Below are positions 24,901 to 39,080 of a DNA stretch of 64,000 bases, one piece after another. A program made the translations under genes and the position numbers. The stretch covers positions 30,566,001-30,630,000 of the forward strand of contig NW_027362768.1 of assembly GCF_046119375.1 (NCBI RefSeq), written 5' to 3'. This DNA comes from Phyllobates terribilis (taxonomy: Eukaryota). The notes below the pieces were generated by a model. It ran no database searches, was not told the DNA's origin, and saw nothing but the letters and a program-made list of their open reading frames with translations. Each line of letters starts with the position of its first letter. The first letter of the stretch is position 1.

Positions 24901-27900
24901 CCACGACTGTGTCACTGGACCCTTGCTCTTTTTGGGCTTCCAATCTGGATAAATGGCCGGAGCTAGCCACTTACGCCTTGGAGATCTTGTCATGCCCCGC
25001 AGCCAGCGTTCTGTCTGAACGTGTGTTCAGCGCTGCTGGTGGTGTGCTGACAGATAAGCGCACGCGGCTCTCCACTGTTAATGTAGACAGACTCACGTTC
25101 ATAAAGATGAACAAATCATGGATCCGAAACGACTTTTCTACCCCTGTGTCATCCTGGGGAGAGTAAAAACTTGATGATTGGTTAAAATCACCCTACCAAC
25201 CGTTTTAAGCTTTCAAATTACTAATCATGTTTATCTGTATCTTGGCTGGAAAATAATTTGGGCTTTGTAGCAGTGTGCAGCACTGATCCTATTAGGCCAT
25301 CTATACTAAAGCTTCACCAGATTTAAAATTAATAATAATTTTTAGCTGCATCTAGCCCGGAAAATAATTTTGGGGCTCCGAGATGCGCAAGACACATAAG
25401 TGCCTTCTTGCTGCACTACCTGCAGCATGACCCTCATATTGCCAGAATTCGAAGTAATCATGACTACTGGGTTGCCACACTCTTAGATCCCCCAAACTTT
25501 TCGATCAACATTTTCATTTTAATAAAGACCAAAAAAATGGTCATTTTTGAAATTATAAGCATTAGCAGGTTGTTAGAAACTGAAATCAAACAGTTTTCAA
25601 CTCAAAACTTTATTCTAGGTGATGTTACATTTTCACATAGGACCCCTTGTTCGAAAGGAGCTTCTGAACTCTCTCGTCCATTGAATTTGTCAGGTTTTGG
25701 ATGGTTTCTGCTTCAATTGTTTTGCATGAGGACAGAATACCCTCCCAGAGCTGTTGCTTAGATGTGAACTGCCTCCCGCCATCATAGACACTCCTTTTAA
25801 TGATGCTCCAAAGGTTCTGAATGGGGTACAGGTCAGGGGAGCATGGGGGTCACACCATAAGTTTGTCCCCTTTTATGCCCATATCAGCCAGAGATGCAGA
25901 TGTTTTATGTGCAGCATGAGATGGTGCATTATCATGCAGAAAAATGATCTTGCTGTGAAATACACGGTTCTTCTTCTTGAACCATGGCAGGAAGTGCTGT
26001 TTGAGAAAATCCACATACATTATGGAGTTCATCTTTAGCGCCTTCAGGGATCCTAAAGGGGCCGACAATCTCTCTCCCCATGATTCCAGCCCAAAACATT
26101 ACTCCACCTCCTCCTTGTTGGCGCTGTAGCCGTGTTTGCGTGGGGTGTCCATCAACCAGCCATCCTCCACTCCATCCATCTGGACCATCGAGCGCTGCAC
26201 GGCACTCATCCGTGAACAAAACAGTTTTGAAATCAGTCTTCATGTAATGTTTGGCCCACTGGAGCCGTTTCTGCTTGTGTGAAGTGGATAGAGGAGGTCG
26301 ACAGGATGGCGTATGCACAGCTGCAAACCTCTGAAGGACCCTGCATCTTGTTGTTCGGGGGACGTTGGAGGCACAAGCAGCTTCAAAAACTTGTCTGCTG
26401 CTATGACAAGGCTTTTTTGCCGCTGCTCTTTCAACCTGACGTAATTGCCTGTAGGAAAGAGTCCTCAATTTGCCCTTATCAGCACGCACACGTGTGTACT
26501 GTGAATCAGCTACATACTTCTTGATTGCCAAGACACTTCATCCTGATCATCGCAAAATGTTGAGTGTAGTCATGCCTTGACCTAAACACTCCACAATTTG
26601 TTGCTTCTCAGCAGCCGACACATCCTATTTCTTTCCCATTTTGGCAGAAAATGTAGGCTACTTAATAATGTGAGACAGCCTTCTTAAGTAGTCTTGCCTT
26701 TCATTGGACACACCTGCCAAACTAATTAGCACAGGTGTCTGCAATTGCTTACAGTGATATAAAGAGCCCTGACACACATCACCATCAATGAGTTTAACTG
26801 ACAAACAAACAAATTCTTCCCTTATCACTCCTAAACACTTTTTGCATAATAATTTGGAACGCAGTGTACATGTGCTTTTCCACAAAACACCAGTGGTTCA
26901 CGTAGTGAATCTTACAGTTCTAACTTGCCAACCATGGTCTGTATGGAGTTGTTCAATAAAGGGCCCAAAATTAAGATAACATAGATGGGAGAGGTCTCTA
27001 TGAATAGGAATTCCTAAGTATTTGATACCCTGTGAGGGCCAGGCAAAGGGAAAGTTGGACTGGATGGAATCCTATATGGATTTGGGGAGGGAGACCTCGA
27101 GGGCCTCAGACTTCGCTGCATTGATTTTAAAATTTGACCATGTAACAAAGTGATCTATTTCAGCCATAACAGCATGGATGGATATATGTGATTGAGTGAT
27201 ATATACTAGGACATCATCAGCAAATAGAGAGCACTTGTACTCGGTGCCTCCCACCTCAATCCACCTAATATTGGGGTTATGGCGAATTGATGAGAGCAGG
27301 TGCTCCGTCACTAGGATGTATAAGAGAGGGGACAGAGGACATCCCTGCCTTGTCCCATTGGTGATTGTGAAAGGTGATGAAAATGTTCTGATGCACCCCC
27401 TGGGCCTTGGGACACCCGGAGCCGGACCCTTTTTGGTGGATGCTGGTGGTTGTAGTCTTCGTGGCGGCGACCCGGTTCCGTGGCTCAGGGTGGTCAAACT
27501 AGTGGCGCAACTATTTATGTGGTTTTGATGTTTAAATGTCCGACTACGCCACCCGTGGATTGCGGTCAGAGTGAACCGCCGCTGCAGGGCAGACCGCTGA
27601 GGCTGGTGTTGTGGGTGCAGCAGAGCGTAGCATAACTCCCCACGGGAGGAGTATAGCCTCAGGGCAGTGTATGCGGAGGATGGGGGTGATGGTGCAGGGC
27701 AGCAGCAGTAACGACACGGAGTCAGTGATGCAGTCCAGGGCCTTTACTCACAGTTCTTATTATCCAGACCACGTCTGCAGGTAACGGCTGCCCACGTCGT
27801 ACTGTGCTCACCAGGTGAGGGGCTCAGACAACTCCCAGATAACTTTGGAGCGCTTCACAGGACCCCCTTTGTGTGTCCTTTGTCTGGCCTTTCTTACCAA

Positions 27901-28857
27901 CCCTTCTGTCCGGCTGCCTCGGGCCTCCTCTTGGTAAACTTGGCGCCAGTTTCCCTGACCCTATGTGGTGCCTTCCTAGCGGGTGTAGCGAGGGGCTGCG
28001 CCACATAAAATGTCACAGCCTCCGGTTTCTAGCTGAGGGTCGTTTCCTGCCTCCACTAGTTTCGGGTACCGGTCTCCCCCTTTGGCCTGACCCCTCCACG
28101 CAGGTGGATTCGGGCGTGCGGTGGCGACTCGCCCGTCCGCACCCCTGGGATCCCTTCATTCCTCGTTCCTGGAGCCTTCTCCGCTCCTCTTCCTTCCTTC
28201 TCCCTCTTCCAGGCCTGGGCCTCTGTTACTAGGCCCGCCTCCGGAGCAGAGCTCATGCAGAGCCTCTGCTCAGACTTCTCTGCACTGAACTAAGATGGTG
28301 CCCACCTTTTATACTCCCTTCTCAATGCACCCAGGAACTGCTTCCTCCCTGCTCCTGCACTACAGGGTTCCCCTTCCTCAGTGTTCCCTCCCCCCACTCC
28401 AGCCAGGGACAGGGACTGTCGTGCCCATCTCAGAGGCATATTGGTCGCCCTGCCCCACGGCAATGTGGTGTAATGCATGCAGGTGTCGGGTCCTGATCCA
28501 CACTCCATCCTTACCTGAGAGTGAGATATCACACCTCTGGGTGAGGTGCAATACCTCTGTAGCAACCGAGCCCTCAGGGTGCTACAGTTCCATTTATCTT
28601 CAGCCTAGGTGACGTATTGTGATACAGGGCCGTGATTTTGGCTATAAAAAGGTCCCCTAGACCCCTACCCCAAGCTTTTTAAGAGAATCATATATGGCGT
28701 GCCAGGAGACTCTATGGAATGCTTTCTCAGCATCCAACGAGAGTATCTAATTACAAATTTTTAACTGCATCTAGCCCAGGAAATACTTTGTGCCTAGTAG
28801 CAGTGTCTGCTAGTCAGCGGATTATCCCGGCTGTTAAGCAAGCTACACCACCTGTAG

Positions 28858-29128
28858 TTTAGACACTTAATTTTTTCAAAGGAAATGCTTTGGGACCATG
28901 GGATACTCAGTGAAGAGCATCAGGAGGCACCCCAAGGCATAGGGGCTGGGACTGGCAGTAGGATGCCTTGCGGTGGACAGCCGAGCTCGATCCTTATAAA
29001 AGCTTTTTAACTGCAGCAGCTTTAGTGGACGCTACTGGAGCTGGAATTACGCGGCTGCTGGCATGAGACTTGCCCTCCAATAGATCCTTGTAAATGGATT
29101 TAAAGTGTATTCATTCAAATTAGAGAGA
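28858..29128 (-). pseudogene. Cargo: degraded 18S rRNA fragment, copy A
   Basis: Near-identical to 21667-21937. Confidence 0.9.
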
Positions 29129-30323
29129 CAATTTAAATTAAAAAGTTTAGAGCTGCCTCCACCACAGGGGGGCTCACTCGACCCACCAGCGGACAGGCAC
29201 CAGTATTGGGAGAGGGGGGCTGGCCATCAGGGTTCACCGCGGCTCTGGCACAAACCCGGCGACACGGAGGTGGCACGGGCAGGAGCGGACTGGCCGTGTC
29301 GGCTTCTCACTTTTTGGATTTTAGAAGGGCATGACATGCCTATATCTGTGTCTCCCCCTCCTTTTACTCCTCCACCTCTTTTATTTTCGCATGACTATAT
29401 GTACTTGTCACTTTTCCATGTGTTAGTTATGTCTTCTGAGCAGTTTGTCAGCTTTTGGACACCTTTGAAGGTGTTTTCTATGTGTTTCTATGTGTTTTTG
29501 TTTGCCTGCCATTGGTTTTAACGGTGTTCGAAGGTGTTCGACGAACAGTTCGACGAACAGTTCGGCGAACACACGGGTGTTCGACGAACCGAACCGAACT
29601 CGAACACTACGGGGGTAGTTGTCCACTACTTTTACAATGATGCCCCCGCCGATCAGCTGTTATCGGTGCTGGCGGCAGCCGCCACCGGCTACAGGTACTT
29701 ACTTGCGATGCTTGGCTGTTTAGTTGTAGTGGCCACCGCGGGATACAACATCAGCCTCCCATTGAATTGAATAGGAGGCAAAGGTGAAGAAAGCTGACTG
29801 GACACATTGTCATGCTCTGGGTTTTGAAAATAACATCAATACAAGAAGAACTAAAGAATATAAGTAATACAAGGGGGTAGAAAAATAATGCCTAATTGCT
29901 GGGTACATGAAAAGAAAATTATGAATATAACTCCTGGACACTGAAAGTGCAACACCAGGAAGGAATAGTGGTGGAATTATGGAAATCACAGGATGGATAG
30001 ACATGCTAATGATGTGAAAAAATGCAAACAAAATATTCAAAACATCTTGATTTACTCATTATTGACAATGAGCTCTACACGCAACAATACACTTAAATGC
30101 CTTAGGATGCCATCAGTGAAGTCAATGGCTGTCAGAGGAATGGTAATTTACTTTGCTGCACTCCATAGGCTCTGTGCTTCTTTGGGGCAACTTCCCATCG
30201 AGTTAACAGCAAATCCAGAGACAAATTGTTTCCAAGGCACCAGAGAGATAATTTCATTCCTTTATTTATCCACATGCATCATAAAAGCAATGTTTCGGCC
30301 ACAAGCATAAGCATACTTACTTA

Positions 30324-30480
30324 CAGTACAGACCAAAAGTTTGGACACACCTTCTCATTTAAAGATTTTTCTGTATTTTCAAGACTATGAAAATTGTACA
30401 TTCACACTGAAGGCATCAAAACTATGAATTAACACATGTGGAATTATATACTTAACAAAAAAGTGTGAAACAACTGAAAA
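30324..30480 (+). mobile_element. Tc1 terminal-repeat fragment
   Basis: TA + CAGTACAGACCAAAAGTTTGGACACACC, truncated after about 155 bp. Confidence 0.75.
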
Positions 30481-33420
30481 TCATAATCACATTTACTGTG
30501 TGATTGCAGCAAAATCTAAAAAAAAATATATGAATTTGCTATTGCTGTAATCGCACCGACCCAATGGATAAAATCATCTTATCACTTATACCACACAGTG
30601 ACCCACACAAAAATAAAAATAAGAATTATTCCTGTACTGCCTTCTATTTGTACATTCTGCCTCTCAAAAATCCGAATAAGGCTTGGGTCACATTTATCCT
30701 GTGCTCTCCGCTGAGCGCTAATGTCGGGGTTTCTGTGTAAATCCCAAAAATGCGATTAAGACTAAACCTCTGATGGAAACCGTCACTGATGAGGCAGATG
30801 GAGTCACTTTGGACTCTGTCTGCTCTCTGTTCCAGCAGTGTTCCATTTTTTTAAGCGTCTTTTTAGCGCACAAGTGTGGTTGACCCCAGTTCTGTGCACG
30901 CTTAAAAGGATGGATACCACCGGAGAAGAAGCCAAACGGACTCCAAAGTGTCTCCATCTGCCTCATTATAGTGAATGGTTCCGTTGGGAATTTTGGATCG
31001 CATTTTTGTGGCATTTACACGGAAATCCCGCCATAAGTGCTCAGTGTATAACACAAGATTGTGATCCCAGCCTTATTCTGGAAGCGTCAAAAAATGTTAT
31101 GATCCCCAAAATGTTGCCAATAAAAACCTTAGCATATTCCGGACAAAGCCAGCCCCCACTCAGGTCCGTCATCTGTCACTGAAACTATAGGGGGTTCCTA
31201 TGTTGCTGGTAGAACAGACTCTGGAAAAGTGAAGGCTCGTGACCGTTCAAGTAAAATCCAGTGAAATCAGCACTCCCAAATCCAAATACCCCATCTTCTG
31301 ATCCCCACTGTGGCTAAACTATGGAAGGTGACCACGTGTTTGGCCTCATTGTAGTGAAGAGAGCCCAATTAACAATATACTGGGTGCATGTCTCCAGAAG
31401 CACAAGCTGGGCACTATGTGTGGGGGTGCTACAATATATGGTGGCACTGCACTGCATGGGGCACAATGTATGGGCATTAAACTGGCAGATTTGCAAATAG
31501 TTGCTGCAACCGTAGATGAATTCATTAAGAGACACAATTTCTACAATGGGGTCACTTTTGGGGCTTTTCTGCTGTTCTGGTACCTTAGTGGGCCACGCAA
31601 ATGTCGCCCATAAACTATCTAGGGATCCAAAAGCCAAATAGTGCTCCTTCCATCTCAGCCCTGACGTGTGGCTAAACAGTTGTTTCTGATGACATATAGG
31701 GAGGGCATCATCACTTTTGGGAAAAATTGTGCAATAAATTGTGGGGACCAGTTTCACATATTAACCCTTGAGTAACTGACAATTTTTCAACAGATAAAAA
31801 ATTTACATTTTTACCACAAAAATGTTATACTTCCACGTCAAAATGTTACAAAATTCTGTGAGGCACTTGTGGGTTCAAAATACTCCCTATATTCCTAGAT
31901 GAATTACTTAAGCAGTGAATTTTCCAATATTTGGTCACTTTTGGGGGGTGCCTGCTAATCTGGCCCCTCAGGGGCTCGGCTAATGGAGCCCACAATTTAG
32001 TCAAATGGAATCTCCATTCTAAAAGCCAAGTAGCGCTCATTCCTATCCAATCTCTGCCATGTGCTCAGACAGTAGTGTACAACCACATATGGGTTATTGC
32101 CACATTCAGTAAAAATTGCATAACAGATTATGGTGTCCATTTTCTCCCATTACCCCTGGTGGAAATGATAAATTTGGTACTAAAACAGTATTTTAGTGGA
32201 ATAAATGTAATTTTTTGATTTCATATCTAAATTTTATAAAGTTTTGTGAATCATCTGTAGATTAAAAATGCTCAGTACACCCTTAGATGAATTCCTTGAG
32301 GGGTCTAGTTTCCAAAATGGGGTCACTTGTGGGGATTTTCTGCTGTTTTGGCACATCAAGAACTCTGCAAATGTGACATGGCATTCACAATACATTCCAA
32401 GCAGACTTATTCTTCAAAATCAAATAGCGTTCTTTCCTTTCAGAATCCTGTCATGTGCCCAAACAGCGGTTTTAACCTTCGTGTTAGGAAGAAATTGCAT
32501 AACAAATTATGGGGTCTGTTTTTTCCTATTATCCTTGTAAAAATTACAAATTTGGGGCTAAAACAACATTATAGCAGAAAAAAATCAATTCTCCATTTTC
32601 ACATCCACATAATAAAAAGTTATGTTATGTACCTATGCATTCAACAAGCTCAACACACCCCTAGATGAATTCATTGATGGGTCTAGTTTCCAAAATGTGG
32701 TCACTTGTTGAGGTTTCTGCTGCTTTAGTACCTCAAGGGCTCTGCAAATGAGACATGGTGTCTGCAATCTATTTTAGCTAAATTTACATTCCAAATACCA
32801 AATGTCGCTTTAACTTGACAATCTAATTGTATCAAATTATGGGTAGTACTTGTTAGTTCAAAATGTTCACTATATACCTGGATAAAATCCTTGAGGGGTG
32901 TAGTTTCCAAAATGGGGTCACTTGAGGGGATTTCTGCTGTTTTGGTGTCTTAGGGGCCGTGCAAATGCGACATGGTGCCCGCAATCTATTTCAGCCAATT
33001 TTGTGTTTCAAAATCAAATAGAGCTCCTTCCCTTTTGAGATTTACCGTTTGTCCAAAGAGGTTTCTAACCACACGTGGGGTATCAGCGTGCTCAGAACAA
33101 ACTAGGTAACAAATTGTGAGATCCATTTTCGTGTGCTAATCCTTGTAAAAGTGGAAAAATTGTGACTATAGCAGCATGTTAAAGTAAAAATTAAAATTTA
33201 CTTTTTTTCATTCCACTTTGCATTAATTTCTGTGTAGCACCTGAAGGGTTAAAAAAATTCCTGACACCAGTTTTGGAGTATTTAAAAATTGTTTTTAAAA
33301 TTGTATAACTTGTAGTCAGTTTACCATATTTAGCTAATTTAAATCTGAATAGGTCCCTAAAGAAACAGCCTTTGTAAATTTCTGAAAAAATGAGAAATTG
33401 GTACCAATCTTTTAACCCTT
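30480..33420 (+). mobile_element. Older degraded copy of the TTAA-type non-autonomous family
   Basis: Diverged TTCCAAAATGGGGTCACTTG blocks, collinear with 35850-37900. Boundaries approximate. Confidence 0.65.
30679..31073. mobile_element. MITE (Harbinger-like termini); related degraded piece near 59085-59280
   Basis: TIR AGGCTTGGGTCACA / TGTGATCCCAGCCT, flanked by TA. Confidence 0.7.
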
Positions 33421-33424
33421 CTAA

Positions 33425-34000
33425 TGTAATAATATCCCCCATCATGTACCTCTGCCTGGTATAATGTCTTCCATCCTGTGACCCTTCTGATAAGAATGTT
33501 CGCCATCCTGGACCCCTTCCAGTAATATTGGCCAAATCCTGGGTCCTTTTGTGCTATAATGACCCCTATCCTGAGCCTCTTTTTGGAATAATATCCACAT
33601 CCTGGCTTTTTCCTGGTATAAAGTGCCCCATCCTGGGCCCCTTTCAGTAATAATGCCCCCCATCCCACTGTAATATCCCCATTCTGGCCCTCTCCAGTAA
33701 TATATGTCCCCCATGCTGGGCCCCTTCCTGGTATAATGTCCCCCATTCTGGTATAATATTCCTCATCCTGGGCCTCTTCCAGTAATAATATCCCGCATCC
33801 TGGGCCCCTACCAGTAATTAGGTACCCCATCCTGGTAATAATGTCACCCATGTTGGTAAAATGTCCCCCATCATGGGCATCTTTCTGGTATAATGTTCAC
33901 CATCTTGGTATAATATCCACATTCACTCCCCTTCCAGTGATAATGTTCCCCATCCTGGTATAATGTTCCACCTCCTGGGCCCATCCTGTAATAATATTCA
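33425..34000. repeat. Degenerate minisatellite (ATAATGTCCCCCATCCTGG-like)
   Basis: Visible imperfect tandem units of about 19-20 bp, with CCCCTTCCAGT spacers. Confidence 0.8.
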
Positions 34001-35940
34001 ATGTTCTGCTCTAAGACATTAATAAAAAAACAACAAAGAAAAGCAATTCTTCTCACTGTCTCCTATTCCTCTATCGATGATAAGCGGCGTCCTCCTCTAT
34101 AGCTGGCGCAGAGGCCTGCAGCTGACTTCGACTTGCCTGCTATGAGAAATGTGTGAGATCGCAATGGTTAAGCCCCTGCATATAATATATTGAAAGTGGG
34201 TTAACAATTCTGCTATTATTTTTCAGAGTTTTATATTATGATATTTACTGTGCTGTAAACAACACCTGGCAATATGTTTCTTCAGGTCAGCATGATTGCA
34301 ATGATTCCAAATTAAGAGTATTTGCACATGGTGTCTTTTTCACATGTCCTCCAAAAATGACAGCAAAGCTGCCAGTTAAGCCACCTCAGGGAATTGACCA
34401 CTAGTGTTTTCCTGAAATGTCTTTGCTGGGAATACTTGGTGGTTGCATCGGCATCTAAAAGACACCATGTGCACATAAATTTATAAGTTTTTTTTCATAT
34501 TTAAGGCTATGTTCTCATGATGAGTTTAGTAAGGTTTTGAAGCTATGATTTTGCTACTCAATAAATGCAGCATTACAGTTCCAATTAACCCATTTAAAGC
34601 CCAAGATGTACTAATACGTATCTGCGCCTTGGGCTTTAAGAGCCTGATACGTATTAGTACGTATTTGCGATCACGCCCGCACACAAGCTGTGTGGGCACC
34701 ATCGCCGCCGGATGTCGGCTGATTGTCACAGCTGACACCAGGTGCTATGTGCTAGGAGTGGTCCCGCACCGCTCCCGGCACCTTAACCCCCGCAATGCTG
34801 CGATCGAAGTCGATCGCAGCATTGCGGGGGCAAGGGGAGGTGATCGTGATACTCACCTCTCCTGCCGGCCCCCAGCGCTGTCTGCCGCAGCTTCCCGAAT
34901 GTTGCCATGACGACCCGATGTCGTCATGACAACATCCGGGTCACCAGACAGCAGGAAGATATTTTGGTCATGCGCAGTGCATGACCAAAGTATCTTCTGC
35001 ATCTGCAGAGCTGACAGCCTGTATAGCACAGGGATGGTTTTTTAAAAAAAGTGAATTTTTTTTTTAAAAAATTGTAAAAATATATATAAAAAAATACACC
35101 AAAAATAAAAATATAATGTAACTATCAATAAATATTATTATGAAAAAAAAAAAACACAATAAAAGTACACATATTGGTATCCGGAATGACCTGACCTATA
35201 AAACTGTCCCACTAGTTAGCCCCTTCAGTGAATACAGCAAAAAAAATGAATAAAAAACTAAGCAAAAAAACAATGCTTTATCATCATACCGGCAAATAAA
35301 AAGTGGAATAACACACGATCAAAAAGATGGTACTGCTGAAAACGTCATCTTTTCCCGCAAAAAACAAGCTGTCATACAGCTCCATCAGCCAAAAAATAAA
35401 AAAGTTATAGCTCTCAGAATAAAGCCATGCAAAAATAATTTTTTCTATTAAATAGCTTTTATTATGTAAAAGCGCCAAAACATAGAAAAACGATATAAAT
35501 GTGGTACCGCTGTAAACGTACTGACCCGAAGAATAAAGCTACCTTATTCATTTTACCACACGCGGAACAGCATCAAATTTTAAAAAAAAAACAATTCCTG
35601 AATTGTTGGTTTTTGTTTATTCTGCCTCCCAAAAATTGGAATAGAAAGTGATCAAAAAATGTCACGTGCCTGAAAATGGCACCAATAAAAATGTCAACTC
35701 ATCCCGCAAAAAACAAGCCATCACATGATTCTGTCTGCCAAAATATGGAACAATTATAGCTCTCAAAATATGGCAATGCAAAAACTAGATTTTACAAAAA
35801 AATGCGTCTTTTAGTGTGTGACAGCTGTCAATCATAAAAACATCATATGATTCTGGTATCACTGTAATTGCACCTACCCGAAGAATAAAGCCGTTTAATT
35901 ACTTATACCGAATGAGGAACGGCGTAAAAAATAAACTCTC

Positions 35941-36135
35941 GGGTTAGGGTTAGGGTTGGGGTTAGGTTTGGACTAGGGTTAGGGTTAGGGTTGGGCTAGG
36001 GTTGTGCTACGGTTAGGGTTGGGGTCAGGGTCGGGCTAGGTTTGGGGTTAGGGTTGGGCTAGGGTTGTGCTAGGGTTAGGGTTGGGGTTAGAGTTGGGCT
36101 AGGGTTGGAGTTGGGGTTAGAGTTGGGATAGGGTT
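35941..36135 (+). repeat. Degenerate telomere-like (TTAGGG/TTGGGG) tract inside the element
   Basis: gggttagggttagggttggggttagg...; the mirror tract is at 41146-41326. Confidence 0.9.
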
Positions 36136-36186
36136 ACTGTTGGGATTTTTTTCAAAATTAAAAAAAAAAAAGATGACGATATGGCG

Positions 36187-36463
36187 CTACTTAAGTTTGC
36201 ATCGGGTGCTCGGGTATGCACTGAGTATCGCGGGTGCTCGAGTGACTTGCTCGAGTCTCTGCCCCATATGCTTTGCGACCAAAAAAACCTTGCAGGGATT
36301 GCCTGCCATGCACAAGCTATCCCCGCATGTTTTTTTTGGGTGTCTAATAACTGTGAAACATGTGGACGGGGACTCGAACATGTCACTCGAGCACCTGCGG
36401 TACATGGTGCATACCTGAGTACCTGATGCAAACTCAAGTAGCGAGCACTTGCGCTCAAGACTA
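36187..36463. mobile_element. hAT MITE nested in the left TTAA element, one TIR deleted
   Basis: Inverted counterpart of 40789-41088. Confidence 0.8.
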
Positions 36464-39080
36464 ATGACAACTTATTCAATATGATGACCTAATGTTCTCA
36501 AATTCTGTGTCTTACCTCTGGGTTCAAAATGTTCACTATACCCCTTGATAAAATCCTTGAGGGGTGTAGTTTCCAAAATGGGGTCACTTGTGGGGGGTTT
36601 CCACTATTTAGGCACATCAGGGGCTCTCTAAACGCGTCATGGCGTCCACTCTCGATTTCAGGCAATTTTGCGTTCAAAAAGTCACACAGTGCTCCTTCCC
36701 TTCTGAACTCTGCCGTGTGCCCAAACACATTTTCCCCACATATGGGGTATCGGCGCACTCAGGAGAAATTGCACAAAAGTTTTTGGGGTCCATTTTCTCC
36801 TCTTAACCTTGTGAAAATAAAAAAAATTGGGGCTAAAACATCATTTTTGTGGAAAAAGTTAGATTTTTTTATTTTTACGGCTCCATATTATAAACTTCTG
36901 TAAAGGACTTTGGGGTTCAGGGTGCTCACCACACATCTATATAAGTTCCCTGAGGGGTCTAGTTTCCAAAATGGTGTTACTTGTGGGGGATTTCCACTGT
37001 TTAGGCACATCAGGGGCACATCCACTAATTATTCAAGCAAATTTTACATTCAAAAAGTCAAATGGTGCTCCTTCCCTTCCGAATCCTGCCGTATGCCCAA
37101 GCAGTGGTTTTCCCCCACATATGGGGTATCTGCTTACTCAGGAGAAATTGCACAACAAACTGACTGCATGGTGCAATTTCTCCTGTTACCCTTATGAAAA
37201 TGAAAAATTGGGGGCTAAAAAACATTTTTGTGGGAAAAATGTGAAAATTTTATTTTTAAGGCTCAATATTATAAACTTCTGTGAAGCATCTGGGGGTTCA
37301 AGGTGCTCACAACACATCTAGATAAGTTCCCTGAGGGGTCTAGTTTCCAAAATGGTGTCACTTGTGGGTGGTTTCCACTGTTTTGGCACATCAGGGGCTC
37401 TCCAAACGCAACATGGCGTCCGCTAATTATTCAAGCAAATTTTAAAATCAAAAGTCAAATGGTGCTCCTTCCCTTCCGAACTCTGCCGTGTGCCCAAACA
37501 GTGTTTTTTCCCCAGATATGGGGTATCTGCGAGCTCAATGGAAATTGCACAACAAATATGGGGTCCATTTTTTCCTGTGAAACCCCTGCGAAAATAAAAA
37601 AAATTGGGTCTAAAATAACATTTTTGTGAAAAAAGTTAAATGTTAATTTTTTTCTTCCACATTCCAAAAATTACTGTGAACCACCTGAAGAGTTAATAAA
37701 GTTCTTGAATGTGTTTTTGAGCACCTTGAGGGTTGCAGTTTTTAGAATGGTGTCACTTTGGGATATTTTCTGCCATAAAGACCCCTCAAAGCGACTTCAA
37801 ATGTGATGAGGTCCCTAAAACAATGGTTTTGTAAATTTTGTTGGAAAAATGAGAAATTGCTGGTCAATTTTTAACCCTTATAGCTCCCTAATAAAAAAAA
37901 AATGTGGTTAAAAAATTGTGCTGATGTAAAGTAGACATGTGGGAAATGTTGTTTATTAATTATTTTGTGTGACATATCCCTCTGATTTAAGGGCATAAAA
38001 ATTCAAATTTTGAAAATTGCAGAATTTTCTAAATTTTTGCCAAATTTCCATTTTTTCCACAAATAAACGCAAGTGATATCGAATAAATTTTACCACAATC
38101 ATGAAGTACAATATGTCACGAAAAAACAAGCTCAGAATCAGGGGGATCCATTGAAGCGTTCCAGAGTAATTACCTCATAAAGTGACAGTGGTCAGAATTG
38201 TAAAAATTGGTCTTGTCATTTACGTACAAACCACCCTCGGGGGTAAAGGGGTTAACCCCTTAAGCACCGAGGGTGGATTGCACGTTAATGACCAGGCCAA
38301 TTTTTACAATTCTGACCACTGTCACTTTATGAGGTAATTACTCTGGAACGCTTCAATGGATCCCCCTGATTCTGAGTTTGTTTTTTCGTGACATATTGTA
38401 CTTCATGATTGTGGTAAAATTTATTCGATATCACTTGCGTTTATTTGTGAAAAAAAAGGAAATTTGGCGAAAATTTTGAAAATTTTGCAATTTTCAAAAT
38501 TTGAATTTTTATGCCCTTAAATCAGAGAGATATGTCACACAAAAGAGTTAATAAATAACATTTCCCACATGTCTACTTTACATCAGCACAATTTTGGAAC
38601 CAAAATTTTTTTTTGTTAGGGAGCTATAAGGGTTAAAAGTTGACCAGCGATTTCTCATTTTTCCAACAAAATTTACAAAACCATTTTTTTAGGGACCACA
38701 TCACATTTGAAGTCACTTTGAGAGGTCTTTATGACAGAAAATACCCAAAAGTGACACCATTCTAAAAACTGCACCCCTCAAGGTGCTCAAAACCACATTC
38801 AAGAACTTTTTTAACCCTTCAGGTGGTTCACAGGAATTTTTTGAATGTGGAAGAAAAAAATGAACATTTAACTTTTTCACAAAAATGTTACTTTAGACCC
38901 AATTTTTTTTATTTTCACAGAGGTAACAAGAAAAAATGGACCCCAAAATTAGTTGTGCAATTTCCCCTGGGCACACAGATACCTAATATGTGGGGAAAAA
39001 ACACTGTTTATGCGCACGGCAGGGCTCGGAAGGGAAAGAGCGCCATTTAACTTTTTGATTGTAAAATTTGCTTGAATTAT

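Larger units (their letters stand above)
10223..25166 (+). pseudogene. hAT transposase of copy A (10223-11203 + 22446-25166), disrupted
   Basis: Interrupted in the BED finger (TRV|ICNIC) by copy B; GAG>TAG at 23520-23522; otherwise near-identical to 14283-17963. Confidence 0.93.
8583..29616 (+). mobile_element. Composite hAT transposon copy A (8583-11203 + 22438-29616), host of copy B, right TIR missing
   Basis: Left TIR TAGAGATGAGCG at 8583, with GTTCG/CGAAC subterminal motifs. Transposase is split at 11203/22438 and has a TAG at 23520-23522. Homology to B and C stops at 29616, 12 bp before the normal terminus. Confidence 0.95.
34589..38251 (+). mobile_element. Non-autonomous TTAA-targeting DNA transposon (piggyBac-like termini), left copy
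   Basis: TTAA 34585-34588 + CCC...AAGGGG + TTAA 38252-38255; no transposase ORF. Confidence 0.8.

Noticed and set aside
34227-34285. Possible half-CCP exon (VLYYDIYCAVNNTWQYVSS) with AG/GT boundaries
   Set aside because: Only 59 bp, weak donor, lacks the final Pro-x-Cys. Cannot be supported without RNA evidence.
35941-36135. True telomere or chromosome fusion site
   Set aside because: Short, degenerate, and at the same position within two transposon copies.
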